From Callorhinchus milii (taxonomy: Eukaryota), in the NCBI RefSeq assembly GCF_018977255.1, contig NW_024704751.1:14012001-14076000 (forward strand): a DNA stretch of 64,000 nt, written 5' to 3'. This document shows, in pieces, positions 28,101-39,705 of this stretch; the stretch's first letter is position 1, and every line of letters starts with the position of its first letter. The notes under the pieces were generated by a model. The model was not told the DNA's origin and ran no database searches. It was given only the letters and a program-made list of their open reading frames with translations. Both the position numbers and the translations under genes were made by a program.

Positions 28101-31100
28101 CCAAGGTTTCACCCTGCCGGGAAACGAACCCAGGCCTCTCGCTTGCAAGCAGGCCAAGGTCAAATTCCTCTAACATGGGACTGGCATTCAACCAGTCGGC
28201 CTGGTTAACTTGGTAGCACTTGCTTCCCTGCTTCAGAAGACTGTGGGTTGGAGACCCCACTTTGAGCCCAGAATTCTCTAAGATGCCCCAGTATGTTGGT
28301 GAGAAGCGATTCATTTTCAGTTGGTGCCGTCCATCAAACATGACGTGAAACCAAGCTCTCATCTGCCTGTTCTGGTGGACGTTAACAATCCCGTGACATT
28401 ATTTAAAAAGAGAAGGGAGTTTCTCCCGGCATTCTGGCCAATAATTTCCCAGATAAATTGGTCTTTCACTCTGCCAGTCAGTGGGTTGGGGTAGTTTATG
28501 TGCAGAATGAGTCATTGCCTCTAGGAGAGAAAACAGTTACCTCCTCGTTTCCTTCAGGAGAATACGTTGCAGACTATTACTCCACTTGTCACTTACTTCG
28601 AACGGATTTAAATTGATGTAGGAGGATCCTGGTCTCGTCAATCTCTCGATTTGCTGTATTGGAGTTAGTACAGAGTCCCTCTTCTCAATTTGCTTAACCT
28701 GCAGGAACACAACACAATGTTGTAACTAAGGGCACTGCTTATTAAACTTTACTTGTCACATTACAGACCGACCCTCTTGCACGGCAGTGGCTTAGTTCCA
28801 TAAACTCAGACTCTATGTTGTAATGGAGTGTGTTGAAAAATGGCCATCGGTAAGCATTTCCAGATTGTCAGGTTGTCTGAGGTGAGTGTGGGGTAAAACA
28901 GCTTACACTCAATTGCACAGGAAAACAAATACCGGAGGAAGAGAACAGCGTGACATTTTGTTTCACTGGAGTACGTGAAAGCATTGAAGAAAGGAAAAAG
29001 AATTACAAAGATTCAACAAATATAATAGATAAGAGCTATACACTGTAAATGTACATTATAACTATGTAGCAGAATTAAATCAAAATATCAAGAGTAATTA
29101 GAATTCTAGTTTAGAATAGATTACAATCTAAGATTGCGAGGCTATGTTAAACTGCTGAGATTCACTTACTGCCAGAATAGAACAGTGGACAGATGCCCAT
29201 AATAATAATAACCTTTGCATTTGATATAACTCTTTTGCACGTCTTCGAGACGCCTCAAAGCGCTTCACAGAATATACTGTAAAGTGAATTCAAGATCGAA
29301 TTCAAGATCCTCATCCTCACCTACAAGGCCATTCACGGCCTCGCTCCCTCCTACCTCTCTGACCTACCTACCTGCCCGTACCCTCCGTTCTTCTGGCTCC
29401 GGTCTGCTCCACATCCCCCGCCCCAACCGCCCTACCATCGGTGGCCGGGCCTTCAGCCTCTCAGCCTCGAGGCTCTGGAACTCCATCCCCAGTGCCTTCG
29501 CCGCCTCCTCTCTTTCCTCCTTCAAGGCCGGTCTCAAGACCTTTCGCTTTGACCTTCAGCCTTCAGCTCCCCTCTCGACTCTCTTCCCCCTCCTCGCTCC
29601 CTCCCTTCCCTCCCCTCACCCTGACCATTTCCCCCCAATGCTCGGGTCCTGACCCAACTGTACAGCGCCTCGGGACGTCCTCCCGACGTGAAAGGCGCTC
29701 TATAAATGGAATCTTGTTGTTGTTGTTGTTGAATTGACTGTATATTTGTGGGCGAAACGCGGCAGCCAATTGCGCACAGCAGTGTCCCACAAACAGTCGT
29801 GGATTGAAGTGACCAATTTATTATTGTTTTTTTTGAGGGACTATTATCAGGCGTGTGGAGTAAGGAAACTACGCTCAACCCGAATACCACCCAATAGAAC
29901 TTGCACAATTGTTCAGTACAGTCCCAGTATAACATGCTTTATTACAGCACAAATTTAGCTGGACTGTGGACCCCGGTCATTGTGCACGTGTGTGTCTGTC
30001 CCGCTTACGTCTTCAAGATGTCTCAAAACGCTTCACAGGACTGCGGAACGTACTGACTGTTTATTTTCGTAACTGAATACTAGCAATATTCTCGCGAAGG
30101 GATCAAGCCGAGGAATTAATGCCATTGTCCTATGGTCATTGTCCTGTGTCCCGTTTATTGAACAACAATAAATAATAACAATAATAATCCTTGTATTTGA
30201 TACTGCGCCTTTCACATCGGGATGATGTCTCAAAGTGCTTCGCAGAGCTTACTTTAAAGTGATGCGACTTGTGTATTTTGTGGGTGAACGCGGCAGACCA
30301 TTCGCGCACAGCAACTGCCATGAAGTCAGTGACCGATTTTATTGGGGGGGGGGGGGGGGTGGTGGGGGGGGAGATTGTCGGCCAGGAGCACCGGAAGAGA
30401 GAAAAAAAAACCCTTTCTCTTTTCAAATAGCGCCGCGGGGACCTTTAACATCCACAGGCGCGGACGGGGACTCGGTTTAGGGCCTCACCCCGAGGTACGG
30501 CGTCTCCGACAATGCGGCGCTGAGCCCCCCCCCCCCCCACCGCCGCCGCTCATCGCCACCCACCCCCCACCCGGCACCGCACTGGGTCCTCAACGGCCTG
30601 GACGGTCAGTTCGAGGTGCTGACGCGGGGCTTGAACCCAACGACCTCCCGGCTCCGGGAGGCCGGAGCACCTGCGGCAGGGCTCCCTTCAGTCCATCTTC
30701 ACCCCCACCATCCCCAACCCCCATCCCCCCCCCCCCCTGAGTATCCAGGTCAGTTTGCAGACCAGCTCTTGCTCCTCGGGGCAGGGGGCGGTGGTGGTGG
30801 GGGGGGACACGGGTGTCAAGGAGCAAAAAAGCTCCAGCAAAGAAAAAAAACTGCCCCCCCACACCCCACCCCCACCCCCACCCCCCACCCCCCACCCCCC
30901 ACCAGCTGAAGCTCTGAAAGTCCCCCCAACAGCCCAACCCCTCCAAACCCCTCTCAATGGTCCCTCCGCGGTTACTCAGCGCTTTGGGGCCACATTTGGC
31001 GGCACAGCCCCCCAGTGCCCAGTGCCCAGTGCCCGTGAAGCAGCCCCTGACCCCCCCTCACCCCCCCCCCACCCCTCCCCCTCCCCCACTGACAGGAGGG

Positions 31101-31403
31101 CTTCTCCCACACACTCAAGAGGCCGAGTCACTCTCTCTCTCACTCTCTCTCCAGCCCCGGGGCCTACCCCTCAGGCTCTCCCCCCGGGGGACACTTTCCC
31201 CACCAAACCCGCTGGGGGTGCCCTGGGAGTGGGGGGGAGGGGAGCCTCGGCCCCCGGTCTCCCCCCTCTCTCTCCCCCTCTCCCCCTCTCGGCCTCCCCC
31301 AGGCGGAGGCGGCGGCTGGTACCTCGGTCAGGAACACTTTGAACGCCTCCTCGCCGCCGGGATCCTTCTCCTTCTCCTGCGCCGCTCCGCTGGAAGACGC
31401 CAT
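19166..31403 (-). CDS. DNAJC8: DnaJ homolog subfamily C member 8, 9 coding exons, 253 aa
   Basis: Exons: 31323-31403, 28597-28698, 27461-27517, 25907-25973, 25199-25293, 21907-21978, 20041-20132, 19644-19719, 19166-19285. All GT-AG, 762 nt in total. Protein [71 protein letters not shown] (J-domain HPD)..[12 protein letters not shown]. Confidence 0.96.
21455..21818 (-). mobile_element. Near full-length copy of the same SINE
   Basis: Reverse-complement match to the tail, core and tRNA head of the 47119 copy. Confidence 0.85.
23818..24073. repeat. Unclassified dispersed repeat, copy A (copy B at 26256-26493)
   Basis: Shared blocks tttggcttgcagg, gtgactggtctgcccttc, cgatgag.caggctgg, ttgccaaacatgtca and ggagccagtt occur in the same order in both copies. 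Confidence 0.75.
25512..25690 (-). mobile_element. 5' part of an older SacSINE1/DeuSINE-like element
   Basis: tttaacgtctcatccgaaggacggcacc..gacaatgcagcac..tgaacctacaaccttctgactc..ctaccactgagcca. Related copies at about 30400-30640 and 28190-28440. Confidence 0.65.
27873..28150 (-). mobile_element. Copy of the same SINE
   Basis: Tail, core and part of the tRNA head. Other fragments lie at about 420-580, 3275-3480, 7300-7450, 12070-12340, 14580-14710, 19850-20010, 30170-30340, 35630-35860, 39003-39220 and 63300-63450. Confidence 0.85.
29291..29730 (+). mobile_element. Short young L2 3' end inserted into a SINE
   Basis: Near-identical to 8580-9078. Flanked by TGAATT on both sides within a minus-strand SINE (29200-29870). 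Confidence 0.9.
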
Positions 31404-31589
31404 TTTCCTCCCCGGCTGCCCACGTGACCCCGGAGCCGCGCGTGGCCCCCCTCCCCTCCCCTCCCCCACTCCCCCCCTATGGATTCCATACCCTTCCCGC
31501 CCACCCTATGGGTGCCGGGCACTCTCACCCTATAGATCCCCCCCACCCTGTGTGTGTGTGTGTGTGTGTGTGTGTTCCGTGCATTCCCA

Positions 31590-31870
31590 CCCCATATATA
31601 ACGCCTATATCCCATACACCCCCCACCCTATATGCTCCAAACATTCCCACCCTATATAATGCCTATATCCCATACACCCCACCCTATATGCTCCAAACAT
31701 TCCCACCCTATATAATGCCTATATCCCATACACCCCCCACCTTATATGCTCCAAACATTCCCACCCTGTATAATGCCTATATCCCATACACCCCCCACCC
31801 TATATGCTCCAAACATTCCCACCCTATATATAATGCCTATATCCCATACAACCCCATCCTATATATATAT
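31590..31870 (+). repeat. Minisatellite, about 55 bp unit, about 5 copies
   Basis: Repeating ataatgcctatatcccatacaccccccaccctatatgctccaaacattcccaccctat, decaying into related C/A/T-rich sequence to about 32420. Confidence 0.9.
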
Positions 31871-33144
31871 ATTCCATGCATTCCCACTCCGCATATGCCA
31901 CGCGTTCTCACCCTATAGATTCCACACACACACACACCCTATGTGTTCCGTACACTCCCGGCCTACACGCGCCGCGCAGGCTCACCCTATATACTCCACG
32001 CATTCCCACCCGATGTGTTCCACACATTCCCTCATGGTGTATATTCCAGACAGTCGCATCCTATCTATTCCATACATCAACCGCCCTATGTATTCCATAC
32101 ATTCCCATCAGCATATATGCTCTATGTATTTTCTCGCCCTATACATTCCACGTGTACCCTCATCCAATATACTGTATTTCCAATATATACCCCCATCCTA
32201 TATATTCTCTCACTCTATATACACAACACCCACCTCATATACACTCCCCTCAACCTATACACACCACTCACCCTACATATACCCTATTCAATAATGTGCA
32301 TTCTCTCAACCTATACACACTCCCCTCATCCTATAAAACCACACTAACCTTATATACACTACACTCTCTCATATACACTGTATACGCCGCTCTCACCCCA
32401 TATACACCTTACAGTAATATCCTGTGAATGCAATGATCATTTCGCAGCATTCATTCGGGACATTTCCTTTTAGGAAAGCTCATTTTCAGCATACGGAACA
32501 ATCCAAATTCTTGACCTTGGTTTGGATATAATAAGTAGAATTGTTCTGTTGTAACATGTAGCAGGAAGATAAGATATACCGAGAAGCACTGAAGCGGATT
32601 TACAGATACTTAGTTTCTGGGAGGAAAATTGCGATTGTGTTCAATGTGGGGACACAAAGATGCGCACATTAGTGCTCGGGAAAAAAAACTGGAATGGTCT
32701 GTTTGGTTCACAGTCGGTGGCAACCAACGCGAGCGTCGCCCCCAACGCTCGTTCCCCTTCCTTCCGCCGTACCTCAACGCCAGACGCAACGGGACGGGGA
32801 CGATGACACCGCTTAACGCCTGTCGCGCTCCCCTACAAAAAAAAAACACGCGGCCGCGACACCGGACGGTAAAAAAATCCCGCGAAGCGCTTTCAGACGT
32901 CTTGGCGACCGGACGAGGCGGCGGAGCCACATGCCATGAGAGCATCAAATGATTATTACTGCAGTAATGCTCCGTATAAGTCACTGAAGGAGCGGAAATA
33001 TGTGGCTTCAAACCTGTGTGAGGTGAGGCAAGGTGTGTGGGCGTGTCCTGGGGGGGGGCGTGTCCGGTGGGTCGGGGAGGGGCGTGGCCTGATGCGTTTG
33101 GGGGCGTGTCTGGTGGGCGGGGCGTCGGCGGCGGCATTTGAAAG

Positions 33145-33500
33145 GGGGCGTGTCTGCGGGCGGGTCCGGAGGGTTCGCGGGGCGTGTCCGTTGGCGGTCG
33201 GGCCAATGGGGGGGGCGTGTCGGTGGGCGGGTCTGGAGGGTTCGCGGGGCGTGTCCGTTGGCGGTCGGGCCAATGGGGGGGGCGTGTCGGTGGGCGGGTC
33301 TGGAGGGTTCGCGGGGCGTGTCCGGTGGCGGTCGGACCAATGGGGGGGCGTGTCGATGGGCGGGTCTGGAGGGTTCGCGGGGCGTGTCCGTTGGCGGTCG
33401 GGCCAATGGAGGGGGTGGGGGCGTGTCGGTGGGCGGGTCTGGAGGGTTCGAGGGGCGTGTCCGTTGGCGGTCGGGCCAATGGAGGGGGTGGGAGGCGTGT
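33145..33500 (+). repeat. Tandem repeat, about 67 bp x 5, built of GC boxes and CCAAT
   Basis: Unit ggggcgtgtcggtgggcgggtctggagggttcgcggggcgtgtccgttggcggtcgggccaatgg. CCAAT at 33203, 33270, 33337, 33403 and 33476. Confidence 0.95.
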
Positions 33501-33618
33501 CGGTGGGCGTGTCGGTGGGCGGGGCTTGTGGGGAGTGTGGGCGGGGCCGGGTCACCCACCTACTTACCGGGCGCGCGGGCCGGCAGCCATCATTCGGTTG
33601 CGGGGCAGCGGGTGGAGG

Positions 33619-33975
33619 ATGGCGCGACTTCTGATGAGGAGTCAGTTGGCTCGGCAGCTGCGCAGTTACTCCGATTCCAGCCAGGTGAGGCAGCGAGGCG
33701 CCGGCCAGGCCTCGGAGACTCACACCCTCGGCCCCCCCCCCCACTCACCCCGGGGCCTAGTCCTCAGGCTCCCCGCTGCAGTTCAACTCTCACCCGCTGT
33801 CTAACCGCCCACTTCTCTCTCTCTCTCTCTCTGTCCTCCCGTCAGGTGAGGCGGCCTCGGGCACCCGGGTGTCTCGGTCCGGCCTCAAGGTCAGCGGCGG
33901 GGCCGCAGCTCTCCACCGCCTGACTGACCCGCGGCCTTCACTCAACCTCCAGCCCTCGGGCTGCCCTCACGGTGG

Positions 33976-34006
<31 letters not shown>

Positions 34007-37000
34007 GGAGGGGGTCTGACCTGACGCCCCGGCACCGCAGAGCCGGGGGTCGCGGTGGCCCGGTGTCCTGGTGGAACAGACAGGTTTGTGGGGCTGGAGT
34101 TAACCACAGAGACTGAGAGAGTGCGGGGGGGAGGGGGGCGTCAGAGCGATAGAAAGTCAGAGAGGGAGGGGGCAGAGAGGCAGAGGGGGAGGAGGGGGGG
34201 TGTCAGAGAGACAGAGGGGGGGTGTCAGAGAGACAGAGGGGGGGTGTCAGAGACAGAGGGGGGGGGTCAAGACAGAGGGGGGGGGGGTCAGAGACAGAGG
34301 GGGGTGTCAGAGGACAGAGGGGGGGTGTCAGAGAGACAGAGGGGAGAGGTGTCAGAGAGACAGAGGGGAGAGGTGTCAGAGAGACAGAGGGGGGGTGTCA
34401 GAGGAGAGGGGGGGTGTCAGAGGCAGAGGGGGGGGTGTCAGAGGACAGAGGGGGGGTGTCAGAGAGACAGAGGGGGGGTGTCAGAGGCAGAGGGGGGGGT
34501 GTCAGAGGCAGAGGGGGGGTGTCAGAGGCAGAGGGGGGGGTGTCAGAGGCAGAGGGGGGGTGTCAGAGAGACAGAGGGGGGAGGTGTCAGAGAGACAGTG
34601 AGGGGGAGGTGTCAGAGAGACAGAGAGAGGGGGGGTGTCAGAGAGACAGAGGGGGGGGGTGTCAGAGAGCAGAGGGGGGGGTGTCAGAGAGGCAGAGGGG
34701 GGGGTGTCGGAGGCAGGAGGGGGGGGGTGTCAGAGCAGAGGGGGGGTGTCAGAGGCAGAGGGGGGGTGTCAGAGGCAGAGGGGGGGGGTGTCAGAGGCAG
34801 AGGGGGGGTGTCAGAGGCAGGAGGGGGGGGGGTGTCAGAGGCAGAGGGGGGGGGGTGTCAGAGGCAGAGGGGGGGGTGTCAGAGGCAGAGGGGGGGTGTC
34901 AGAGAGACAGTGAGAGGGGGGGGGTGTCAGAGAGACAGTGAGAGGGGGGATGTCAGAGAGACTGATTTCATTTGTATAGCACCATCCACGTCGGGAGGAC
35001 GTCCCAAGGCGCTGGTTAGTCGGTGTTTCAGACCCGAGCTGGGGGTTGGGATTGGGGAAGGGGGAGGGCAGGGGGGAGGTCGGGTGATTGAAAGCTTTGT
35101 TGAAGAGGAGAGTCTTGAGATCGGTCTTGGAAGGAGGCAGCGGGACTGCAGATTGGAGTTCCAGAGAGCGTGGGCAGAGTGGCAGAAGGCCTGCCCGCCA
35201 ATGGTGAAGCAGGCTGGATCCCGCTGAGTGGAAGACGCGGGCAGAATGGTAGAGGGTTAGGAGGTCACAGAGGTGGGGGTGGGGAGCAAGGCCATGGAGG
35301 GCTTTGAAGGTGAGGATCAAGATATTGAACTGTATCCTCTGTGTGATGGGAAGTCAGGAGAGTCGCGCGAGGATAGGGGGCGGTAGGGTCACGGAGCCTG
35401 GTGCAGGAGAGGACATGGGCTGCAGAATTCTGGATGATCTGCAGCTTAGAGAGGGAGAAGTTGGGGAGGCCATCAAGCAAGGAGTTTGCATAGTCAAGCC
35501 TTGATGTTATAATGCGCGTGTGAGCATTTTGGCAGCCTGCGGTGTGAGGCAGCGGTGGAGCCGGGCAATGTTACGGAGTTGGGGGAAGGCAGAGTGGGTT
35601 ACAGCACCGACGTGGGGTAGAAAGAATAGTTGAGACGTCTCAAAGTGCTTCACAGAATATATTGTAAAGTGAATTAATTGTATATTTTGTGGGCGAAACA
35701 CAGCAGTGTCCCACAAACAGTCGTGGATTGAGTGACCACATTTTTTGTAAAAAGGAATTATTACCCCCGACAAAGCAATCTGTTAATTGACTAACAACCA
35801 GATTTCTACTTACTACAAGGTAAACAGGGGTGTAGAGTAAGGGTGAAATGTCGGGCAAGTGAAAGGCAGAATTGTCAGCAATGACGGACTTTCACATAAA
35901 ATAATTTTTTATACAACTGGAAAGTCTAAAGACAAGCAAATTCGAGTCAAGCTGCAACAAGTCACTTGTGAATTTAGTTTTAATTCAGGTCTGTGTTCAC
36001 GCATGTGGCACCGTAATACTGATCCATCACCACTGTATTTCTCTTGCAACTTCACTTAGGGGGTCGCCCTCTCTTCCTCGTGAGGCTGCCTGAAGCAGTT
36101 TGACGCAGGAAAGACACATCAGAACACAACTGTGTAACTTGCAGGACGCTGCCAGTTGGATGGGAGTTGGCTGTTTATATGATGCTTTTGGGCAGTAAGA
36201 GCAAGAAAACCGTGCTGATCCTTGCTCTTGTCGCAGATCCATGGCTGTGTGTATGCGGTGTCCAACTTTGAGCACAGGATTTGGTCCCACTTTGCACATG
36301 GTGGTGTAACAGGGAGATCCTGGCTTGTGAAATACGTTGGGAGGTTTTTGCAATCCAACTCGTACACAGTTGTAGTTATTTGTTTCTGCTTTTTTTTTTA
36401 AAATGTGTAGTTTTCTCTCTTGATTTTAGATGGGCGATTTGGGCTCTGGTGCTGGAAAGGGCGGTGGTGGAGGAGGTTCCATCCGAGAAGCTGGTGGTGC
36501 TTTTGGCAAAAGGCAGGCAGCACAAGAGGAAAAATATTTCAGGTAACAAATGTCTACCCAATTGTCATGTTCCCCCTCTCCACTACCACCACCACCTCTG
36601 ATTGTTCTTGTCGCATCTCCAAAATGTTGACAAGTTCTGCTGGGTGGGGAGGGGGGGAAATGAGATAATGTTTAAAATGCTGAACACTTTGGATTTGGTC
36701 GGACAAACACTCAGAAACTGATGGGCTTTCCTTTGCACGAGGCGGATCATCACAAATTGAAATTAAAAGTCTAACTTGCGTTATCAGTGCGTTCACTGAG
36801 GATGTCTGCCCTGAGATCCACAAGAACATCCTCGGCATCTCCTCGAACGGTGGACTTTTAAAACTCGTGTCATGGGAGTGTGAGGCACTAAACTTCTGTC
36901 GACTTTGTTTGATTCTTTCAGGGAGCAGGAAGCTAAGGCGCTTGAGTTTCTGAAACGGCACCATTACGACGAAATAAATATCCAGGAGAAGGAAATCAAA

Positions 37001-37063
37001 CGTTTGCAGAAAGAGATTGACCGTCGCCAAAACATCCTCAAGCAGCTGAAGAACGATGACTAG
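33619..37063 (+). CDS. ATP5IF1: Mitochondrial ATPase inhibitory factor 1, 3 exons, 106 aa
   Basis: Exons 33619-33684, 36430-36542, 36922-37063. Protein [112 protein letters not shown] at 37231. Divergent from DNAJC8, as in human. Confidence 0.95.
34130..34962 (+). repeat. G-rich minisatellite (gtcagag(a/g)cagaG5-9t) in ATP5IF1 intron 1
   Basis: Dozens of units of about 20 bp with variable G-runs, directly visible. Confidence 0.95.
34965..35622 (-). mobile_element. Degenerate L2 3' fragment
   Basis: Encodes [12 protein letters not shown] and [12 protein letters not shown] on the minus strand, plus the L2 tail. Confidence 0.85.
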
Positions 37064-37609
37064 ATTCCTTCCTAGCTTTGCCCAGCATCCTTGTGTTGCC
37101 CAGCATATCTCAATCATGCAACTCGAGGACATCACCTTCAGATGCACGTTGATTTCTACAATCAAATTATGCTAAACATGCATCGATTTGTTCAGTCAAA
37201 TACTGAATGTAGATGCCTAAATATACATCAAATAAAAATACAATGAGTTCATGATCTAAAGGTGAACTTGTCTTATTTCCTCCTTTATCTCAACTTAGTA
37301 TACAGTGTGTCTGAGGTGAGTTGGTCATTGTGCATCTGTGTGCGTTGGCTGTAGGGAGAATCGCAGCCAAGCCCGAGCTCTTTACCCCCCACCCACCACA
37401 CACACAAACACACCACACACGTGCGCTTATCCGCAAATACATGATTACTGCAATGGTGAAATGCATTGAGACGTTTTAACACTAAAAGGTGCTACTTGTA
37501 TGTCAAGTACAATTTTCATTATTGTTTGGCTTGCACTATTGCAGGTTACACAGAACCCGTAGACACAAACTGAGGAATTTTCATAGTCATGTTTTTTTTT
37601 GCATGTTAT

Positions 37610-38395
37610 TCATCTTGGACACCCAATCTTAGGAAGGATGTGCCAGCCTTGGGGGGTGTCTAGTACCAGATTAATGTGTGGGCTGAAGGGAGTTCAGCTA
37701 TGATAGGAGGTTGGGTATACTTGCGTTCTTTGAAGCAGAGGAAGTCAAGGGGTGATTTGATTTAGATGTTTAAAGTATTCAAAGGGATTGACAGCAGGTA
37801 GTGGATAAATATTTCCTTTGGTAATGGAATCTGTTACAAGGAGCAGAGTTGTAAAATCCAACCAAGAAGTTCAGAGTTAAGATAAGGAAGCATTTTTTTT
37901 GCATAGAGTTGTGGAGATTTTGTTGTTGTTACTGTCTAGTGCCTTGGGACATCCTTCTAGCATGAAAAGTGCTATATCAATATCATTTGTTGTTGATGTG
38001 GGCTGTTCTGCCACAGGAACAACAACAAGATTCCACTTATAGAGCGCCTTTCACGTCGGGAGGACGTCCCAAGGCACTGGACAGTTGGGTTGGGACCGGA
38101 GCAGTGGGGAAATGGTCAGGGTGAGGGAAGAGAGGGAGCGAGGAGGGGGTAGAGAGTCGAGAGGGGAGGTGAAGGCACGGTCGAAGAGAAAGGTCTTGAG
38201 AAAGTAGATGAATAAGAATCAATGGGGATGTTCAAAAGAAAAACAAGACGCAGTACTTGTGTTGCAAAGATATGATAGAGTGTTGCAAAAGACCAGGCCA
38301 TTGGGATTTTAAAAAATCTGTCAAGGTCTAATAATTCTGACGGAACGGGCTCGGTGGGCTGAATGGCCTCTTCCAGTTCCTATTTTTCTTATGTA
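37610..38395 (+). mobile_element. Degenerate CR1 3' region interrupted by minus-strand L2 tails (about 38020-38205)
   Basis: Similarity to CR1 RGDLIxxFK and RKHFF..RVV, CR1 terminal gggctgaatggcctcttc, and an L2 tail reading caacaacaagattccacttatagagcgcc on +. Confidence 0.7.
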
Positions 38396-39227
38396 TTCAT
38401 GTTGTATCAAAATGGGAGCGATTGGGTGTCCATTTCAACTTCGAAGGCGACAATGTTTCCCCTTTCCATTCAGCAAAACGTTTGAAGCATTTCTCCAATA
38501 AAACCCAAACAGATAACAAGAGATAACAAATAACTATTTGGTGTTTTGGGAGATACTGTAATTGTTACATTTCTGTCATTCTGTGATTTATAGTTCAGGA
38601 TGAGAGTACAGTGTTACAAAGGTATTTGTTAAACAATAATAATAATACACCAGCTTTATTATCGGCTGCAACAGAAAAATGTTGTGCTGTTATTCAGTGA
38701 TGTTAAAACCCAGATTTATATTAAATTGGATTGGAACATTGCTATAAACAGGATATTTCTTTGCAAACCTCTGCAAACACGACTCTTTCAAATGCAGTTG
38801 GGTAGAATGTCCACCTGGGTCTCCCTTTAATTCTATTTATGCAGAATTTTAGATGATCCAGAATTTGGCAATTTTGTTCATTTTGAAAAAAAAAAGCATT
38901 CATTTTCTGCAACTTTCCTTTACGTGTGAAGGGCAAGAAAACCGACTTGAAAATTAAGAGTGATTCTCGGGATATAACTGTAAAGTGTTGTACACTTCCA
39001 CATAATAATAATAATAATAATAATCCTCGCATTTGATATAGCGCTTTTCACGCGGGAGGACATCCCAAAGCGCTTCACAGAACACACTGTAAAGTGAATA
39101 GACTGTATATTTGTGGGCCAACGCGGCGGCCGATTGCGCACAGCAATGTCCCCACAAACAGTCGTGGATTGAAAACGACCAATTTATTATTGTTTTGGGT
39201 TCTGGAGGGACTATTATGTATTATTAT

Positions 39228-39705
39228 TATGTATGCAGATGACACCCAACTCTATTTTCCCACCTCTCTTTGCGACCCCCAGTCCCCTGATGCTCTGCCT
39301 GTCAGATCTCAGGCACTGAATGAGCGCAAACTTCCTTCCGCCGAACGTTGACAAGACGGAAGCCATCCTCTTCGGCTCTCGTCAACGCGTCTAAAACCTC
39401 ACGTCTCCCACCGACCCGACCTCCCGCTAAAACCCCCCCGAAACCCGTACGCAACCCAGGCGTCCGGTACGACCCCCACGTCCCGGTCCCTCACCGTCAC
39501 CGCTTTCTTTCGCCTCCGGACCCATCGCCTGTCTCCACCAATGCCTCACTCCAAAAGCCGCTGCAACCCCGGTCCGTGCCTTTGTCGCCTCTCGGCCGGA
39601 CTGCCCCTCGCCCCCCTCCGCCGCCATCCGCAAAATCCAAATGGTTCAAAGCTCTGCCGCCCGCAATCCCACCCGCGTGAGACCCCCGACCCCCCGCCCC
39701 CAGTC
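39228..39705 (+). mobile_element. Old GC-rich L2 RT fragment
   Basis: MYADDTQLY followed by a degenerate LNxxKTEA and downstream RT-tail similarity. Confidence 0.7.

Larger units (their letters stand above)
31404..33618. promoter_or_regulatory. Divergent DNAJC8/ATP5IF1 promoter interval
   Basis: Head-to-head ATGs 2.2 kb apart with CpG-rich ends. E-box CACGTGAC at 31421 and a CCAAT/GC-box array at about 33145-33530. Confidence 0.75.

Noticed and set aside
33145-33500. CRISPR-like regular array
   Set aside because: Head-to-tail tandem units with no unique spacers, in a vertebrate genome.
32610-33923. 183-289 aa repetitive ORFs on both strands
   Set aside because: Translations of the 67-bp promoter repeat in GC-rich DNA that lacks stop codons.
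34055-35227. 390 aa Gly/Arg/Glu-rich ORF
   Set aside because: Translation of the G-rich minisatellite and adjacent L2 fragment.
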